A stretch of 33,971 bases of DNA from a bacterium (lineage in GTDB: Bacteria > Patescibacteriota > Minisyncoccia > Phycocordibacterales > SBAW01). Positions 33,266 to 33,971 of the stretch are shown piece by piece; position 1 is the stretch's first letter; the number at the start of each line of letters is the position of its first letter. The DNA is taken from contig JAKAHS010000002.1 of the NCBI GenBank assembly GCA_021814825.1, positions 1 to 33,971 on the forward strand, in the 5' to 3' direction. A model generated the notes under the pieces. It was not told where the DNA came from. It did no database searches and saw only the letters and a list, made by a program, of their open reading frames with translations. The position numbers were made by a program, and so were the translations under genes.

Positions 33266-33971
33266 ATGAGCCGGAGGGGCCCCGTCGGCCGGCGCCCCGT
33301 CGTCCGAGCCCTGTTCGCGGGCGTCCTTCTCGCGTTCGCCCGAGGGGGCGTCGCGGGGCCGGGCCCGGAGACGCCCCACCCCGTTTCCCACCCCTTCGGC
33401 CTCTCGCCGTCGGTCACGGCCCGGAGCGGCGTCGTCGTCTCGGCGACGGCGGAGGCGTCGCGGGCCGGCGCCGAGCTGCTGGACGCGGGAGGGAACGCGA
33501 TAGACGCCGCGGTCGCAACGGCCCTCGCCCTCGCCGTGACCTACCCGCAGGCCGGGAACCTCGCCGGCGGCGGGTTCCTCGTCGCCCGGAGCCGGGACGG
33601 AGGCCTCTTCGCCCTCGACTTCCGCGAGACCGCCCCCGCGGCCGCCGGGCGGGCGACCTTCACCGTCCCGGGGGCCGACTCGCTCACCGGAGGTCTCGCC
33701 GTCGCGGTCCCCGCCACGGTCCGCGGGCTCGAGGAGGCGCACCGGCGCCTGGGCCGGCTCCCGTGGGCGCGCTGCGTCGCCCCCGCGATCCGCCTGGCCC
33801 GGGACGGGTTCGTCGTCCCCGCGGGCCTGGCGCACGAGATCGTCGCCGAGCGGAAGCGGCTCCTGCGCTTTCCGGGGTCGCGCCGTCTCTTCTTCCCGGG
33901 CGGAAAGCCCCTGGCGGCGGGAGAGAGGCTCGTCCAGCCCGACCTCGCCCGGACCCTCGAGGCGGTCGCTC
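33266..33971 (+). CDS. ggt: Gamma-glutamyltransferase, N-terminal part; runs off the right edge
   Basis: Absent from the ORF track. Manual translation: MSRRGPVGRR...GAELLDAGGNAIDAAVATALALAVTYPQAGNLAGGGF...LDFRETAP...AVAVPATVRGL...QPDLARTL. Confidence 0.92.
   Translation, partial: MSRRGPVGRRPVVRALFAGVLLAFARGGVAGPGPETPHPVSHPFGLSPSVTARSGVVVSATAEASRAGAELLDAGGNAIDAAVATALALAVTYPQAGNLAGGGFLVARSRDGGLFALDFRETAPAAAGRATFTVPGADSLTGGLAVAVPATVRGLEEAHRRLGRLPWARCVAPAIRLARDGFVVPAGLAHEIVAERKRLLRFPGSRRLFFPGGKPLAAGERLVQPDLARTLEAVA

Noticed and set aside
31962..33269. 435-aa ComEC with a novel C-terminal domain
   Set aside because: The tail is out-of-frame read-through across the compositional junction

Overview
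Bases 1 to ~32890 read as a chromosomal segment of a Patescibacteria/CPR bacterium (Parcubacteria-like; inferred from gene content, tRNAs without encoded CCA, tRNA-Arg(TCG) and a PPIase-less trigger factor). It carries housekeeping genes (pnp, NYN protein, rpsO, Xer-type recombinase, xth, cca, yraN, hup, rny, clpP, tig, ppa, nusA, tpiA, pgk, HIT, recJ, rnhA, comEC), four tRNAs, a sortase, a type IV pilus cluster and an accessory cluster of four exported/lipoproteins with Gly/Thr-rich tails. At ~32890 comEC breaks off into much higher-GC DNA from an apparently different organism (a gene tail plus ggt), most likely an assembly chimera. The most unusual signal is non-coding: (1) a GIY-YIG nuclease gene bounded by 14-bp inverted repeats, with a nuclease-less copy of the same repeats at the clpP start; (2) four 100-140 bp hairpin elements with a covarying apical core, one translated in frame inside recJ; (3) ~200-bp elements behind two tRNAs holding both an inverted and a direct copy of the tRNA 3' end; (4) a candidate ~235-nt structured RNA; (5) a parS/DnaA-box cluster suggesting the origin region; (6) widespread leaderless gene starts. 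All calls are by eye; no database search or folding program was run.
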